A stretch of 64,000 bases of DNA, taken from contig CM102286.1 of assembly GCA_046563655.1 (NCBI GenBank), forward strand, positions 4,774,001 to 4,838,000, given 5' to 3'. Position numbers and translations under genes: made by a program. The notes under the pieces were generated by a model. That model was given only the letters and a program-made list of their open reading frames with translations, ran no database searches and was not told the DNA's origin. Shown here in pieces: positions 53,997 through 64,000 of this stretch. This DNA is from Yuukianura sp. NJ FZ-2021 (taxonomy: Eukaryota). How positions within the stretch are numbered: position 1 is the first letter of the stretch; every line of letters starts with the position of its first letter.

Positions 53997-55147
53997 TCAT
54001 CCAGCAAAGGAGCATGCAGCCTGAGTAAGCTCAATCTTCCGGGTAACTCGCTTGCAAACTTCGTCGTAACGCTTGCGAACCGTAAACAAAGCAATTCTGG
54101 ACACACGGATGACTTCTGCAAGTTCCTTCAACAAGTACGGCATGACATCTAGACAACAAAATATGTTTTATAGTATTTCAGGGAAATATTGGTGTACTTG
54201 TACATGATAAACCTTACCGAGTTTGACATTTTCTTTTTGATTCCCGAGGAGTTTCGGATCGGATGGGCAGAGTATGCGTTGGATAGCAGACATCTTGGAT
54301 TCCCAAGTGGCGTACAAGTTTTGTAGGAGCTTGTCGAAGGATTGGCGAATGCTCTCTGCCTTGTCCTTCTTGTTCATCACCAGCTCAAAGATCAGAGCAG
54401 TACGTTCCATGGGAGAAACGGATATAGCCACTGATTCTGCTTCAACCCGCATTCCTTCCACAGTCTTCACAAATTCTTTGAAGTAATTGAAGTGTTCTCG
54501 GGCCTCTCCTAGCATGGCAGACAAACCATCCCACTGAAAAAAAAACATGATCATTAGTTTTTCATGATTAAATGTGTCAAGCTGACGCTGTCAACGGAAA
54601 ATTTATCAGTTTTGACATAATAGGTTTCAATCTGCAAAAAATCAAAAACGTGTCACATCACAATGTCTTACATCGAATTGACCCCGATTCAGTGCCGCAA
54701 ACGGGGTCACCTTGAGTCCAAGGTCGCCTGCGTTAGAGCGCCGCTCTGTCTCCAATTCTTCCAACTGCTTGAAAACTTCGTCCAAGTACAACCGTCCACC
54801 TTTGGCCACTTCCTGCAACAATGAGAAGCAATACTTCAAAAATTGTCTCAAGTATTTTTTCAAATGAGCTTATCTTATTCCATGAAATACTTTATTTAAT
54901 TAAAACTAACAACGGTGAATCAGGAGTATTTTACCTGAAACATTGGTGGACCAGGAAATTTGACTCCAATTGATCCGCTGGTCGTTTTCTTGCCATTCCG
55001 TGGAGTGCGACTGTTGAGAATCGGGTCATCGTCACTCACGCTCCAAATGGTCTTGGTGTCCAGTTGACCTGGAATGTTGTCATCCCAAATCTTGGACAAG
55101 ATGGAGCTCGTTTCTGTCTTGGTAGGTGATGATGGCATGGAGGCCAT
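53997..55147 (-). CDS. Uncharacterised protein (low-complexity N-terminus, predicted helical remainder); 4-5 exons
   Basis: Consecutive minus-strand ORFs join in frame through GT-AG introns (MASMPSSP...PMFQ|EVAKGG...QFD|WDGLSAM...VKL|DVMPYLL...SFAG*); TATA box upstream; no family recognised. Confidence 0.75.
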
Positions 55148-55274
55148 GATGCTCTGACAACTCCGAACCTTAGTAGGCACTATAAAAAGCAATGGAAGCG
55201 GACCAGATCCTCCGAGGTGAACGTGACGCAACAGAGAGACGAGACAGAGTGGCGTCGGGATGTCTGTTTCGTTG

Positions 55275-55282
55275 TATTTATA
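55275..55282 (-). promoter_or_regulatory. TATA box (TATAAATA) of the orphan gene
   Basis: Consensus match ~130 nt upstream of the ATG at 55147. Confidence 0.55.
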
Positions 55283-56324
55283 CCTTCTGGAGGAACAAAG
55301 AACCAGCAGTGCGTAGCCTACCGTTGCGATTGTGTTATCGATTTGAGAGTAGGGTGCAATGACCTGTTATTAAACGACGACCGTTGAATTTGGCTTATCT
55401 TAATTATTCATGCTCACAGTTACCGAAATAAGGTTTTTTTTAAAAGTCATCCATAACATGTAATCAATTTTCACGCAACAACCTTAACCTTCGCAGATAA
55501 AAATAAAATCAAACATGTTCAGAAAGTTAGGACAACTATCTTTATCTATTAATTGGCAGTTCAGACAATGCCAATGACCTGTGTGGAATTTACGCACTAC
55601 CAAAATGCGTTTTCAGATAAAAGCTTACCCTTTTCAGCAATTCAGATTTACGACAATTTTGTTTAAAAAATTCGTTGTGGAATTTACGATTTTTTTTTTG
55701 TTTTCTGCATGCCTATTTTTGAGAAAAAGACAAAAAATTGCAATTTCTTACAACCTCACTTAGATTGAACAGTTAGATTGAACTGCTATAAACAATAGAT
55801 AACAGACCACATCAAATGGACTAATTGATATTGAAATTAATTAGACTCAATCCAATGATGTACAAAATGCTACGCGTAAGATGTAATTTGATTTTCAACG
55901 TGCATTGCTGCTTGCGGTTAATATTTTTTTCTTTTTCCTTGTTTCGATTCTAGTGATAAATCATAAGGAAACCACAATTGAAATCTAGTTTTCTAGACTT
56001 TTTAGCTGTCATACTTGATTATATTTAAGTATAAGGCTAATGGGGTGTCAAGCTTTCGGTTAGGGTGGGGACAATTATCGCTACAAGGATAAGTTTCAGT
56101 TTAGGCTGATTTCCTGTAGTCCCCAAGTCCAGCTCCTCAGTGTTAATTAGTCAAAAGTCATTAGTGTTTCTAATTACTTGTCCATTTGTCCAGTTTTTGT
56201 CCAGCCTCTGACGACATCCAGGGTGTGACGCCAACAATGCCGTATTGTTCTTAGCTCCGCATTTGTCTCGGAGATCATCCAGGCATAGGAGTGTCCAAGC
56301 AGTTTTAGTTGAATTGTGCCTAAG

Positions 56325-57337
56325 ATGGTAATTTGCAAAACATGGTTCTTAAAAGTGTTGGTAGTGCTGGGAGTTTCGTTGGTGTCGGAAGTCACAGCAT
56401 TTAGAAGAAGACATGTTTCAGACCTAGACGAAAGCGGTAAGCAACATTTGGTTTAGACAATTTTTGGAGTGAAATTTTTAGAACAACGTTACATTCTGTG
56501 TTCATAGTGGAGTCATTGAGACGCTATCGAGACGATAAGTCGCAACATAAATCCAAAGTACGCCAAATTGTCAACTGGGACAGAAGATGGAAGGATGGCA
56601 TAATATACTACGAGATCTCACCCGAATTTAGTATGACGCAATTTAGATGATAATTAATTTTGGTAATTAATTAATATATTTTGTACACGCTTAATACTTA
56701 GACAATTCTATGCGAGAACTAATCTACAGCGCAATGGGTGAAATTTCAAACAAAACTTGCATCACTTTCCGCGAACATTCTTCCGAACGTGACTACATTT
56801 ACTTTAGGATGAAATTTGCTGATGGGTGTCACACGCATGCGGGACGCCAAGGAGGAAAACAGGTACTGCGCATGCGTCAAAGTAAAATACAAACGGCAGC
56901 ATAATACCTTAGTTAAAATTCAAATCTTTGTGTTAATTTTTGCGCAGATTTTGAATTTGGATTCGCAACGATGTTTACAACATGGGAAAATAGGACACGA
57001 ACTACTCCATGTTCTTGGGTTCCACCATGAACACCAGCGACCAGATAGAGACAACTTCGTCGTCATTGACTGGGACAACATCAAACCGGAAGACAGAGTT
57101 CAAATGAAGAAGCTACAAGCACCGCCTATCTACCTCCAAGTATTTCCATACGACTACGGTAGTATCCTACACTACGGCCCGATTTCGTTCTACCTCGCAA
57201 TTGACCGCGAAAAACCGATTATACACTCCAAGCACTATGCGCCTAACATGGGTCAACGGGATGCCCTAAGTCAAATCGACGTCGACAAAGTCAATCTACT
57301 TTACGACTGCCATTTGTACACAAGAAACTCCATATAA
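56325..57337 (+). CDS. Secreted astacin-family (M12A) zinc metalloprotease; 4 exons
   Basis: Signal peptide MVICKTWFLKVLVVLGVSLVSEVTA; RRWKDGIIYYEI; KTCITFRE; GCHTHAGRQGGKQ; HELLHVLGFHHEHQRPDRD; YDYGSILHY; MGQRDALSQIDVDKVNLLYDC. Confidence 0.95.
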
Positions 57338-58183
57338 ACTTCATACAAATCAAAAATCGCGAAACGCGGGGAAAATTCGCACGGTCGCATGAGGACAATT
57401 TAATTCTAAAAACTGTGAACTGATAGAATCGTAGTTAGAAAACGGTAATTGACTTGAGGTTAAAATCTTGTTAAAACTGATCTAAATCTAATTGAGGTCA
57501 ACTAAAACCTAAGTTAAAATATATTGTCCAATGAAACTAAAAATCACAACCAAGATAGTACATTGCTCTTGGTTAAATTAAGTAAATTGCTTCACATGAG
57601 TATTTGAATTAGGTTCAACCTATTTTGTGGAACGAGAAGTTTGTGGAATGTCACTTTCACAATTAATAGTATTTCTTAAATCATAAATCTGCAACAGGTA
57701 TGGGACTAGTTAGGAAGGCATACTTAACACGATTTTCACGATTACAAAACGCCTTTGTACAACTTACTAATCGTCTTAGGATCATCCTAGAGAGTGACAA
57801 TGACTTGAGCAGATTTTTTTAAATTCGCATTTTGTTAAATTCAAATGCACCAAACGTAACTCTTGACTAAGTTTGGGTTCCGTTTTACGCTGTAGCACAG
57901 CGGAAATGAAAATTGCTAAACTTCTGCTCCTAATTAAGGCAAAGAAATTCAATGTTAGTGCTAACAAGAGGAAGCTACGTATTACAAGTCTCCTTGCCTA
58001 AAAGGAGCATCAAAGCTCTTACAATGTGAACTTTTGACCTTAGTGAGACGTGAATTGGTCAAGAGAAAGTAAGGCGCATAGGCTGAATTTGGAAGATATG
58101 AAAAGCGGAAGAACCATAGAAACAGGAGTTCAGTATTTGCACAATGTTGAAGTGAAATGCCCGACTTTAAATCCTTCACAACT

Positions 58184-63999
<5,816 letters not shown>

Positions 64000-64000
64000 A

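Overview
Eukaryotic, AT-rich animal DNA with short GT-AG introns, mostly about 55-100 nt. Gene content and TCAGT-type initiators suggest an arthropod; the compact introns are compatible with a springtail-like hexapod (inference). Bases 1-~29.9 kb have no supportable coding exon and look like intronic/regulatory DNA of a minus-strand gene whose long first exon lies at ~29.9-31.25 kb. From 31.7 kb the window is gene-dense. In order: C14orf119-like (+), ETFB (-), DHRS11-like SDR (+), C1D/Rrp47 (-), ankyrin+GH20-like fusion (-), Rac1 (-), APMAP/hemomucin-like (+), a 66-aa single-TM micropeptide (-), a divergent TRPC-family channel (+), an orphan gene (-), an astacin protease (+), and a 5'-truncated mixed-lineage kinase (-). 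Four observations stand out. (1) An antisense gene-like frame fills the 1.08-kb MLK intron and is interrupted only by five TAA/TAG codons, one inside a hairpin. (2) A 280-bp foldback lies between 200-bp direct repeats in the ETFB/SDR divergent promoter. (3) Several proteins have altered catalytic or signature motifs (SDR, GH20, astacin, TRP). (4) The micropeptide ATG is created by splicing. All exon models were read by eye and no database searches were run.
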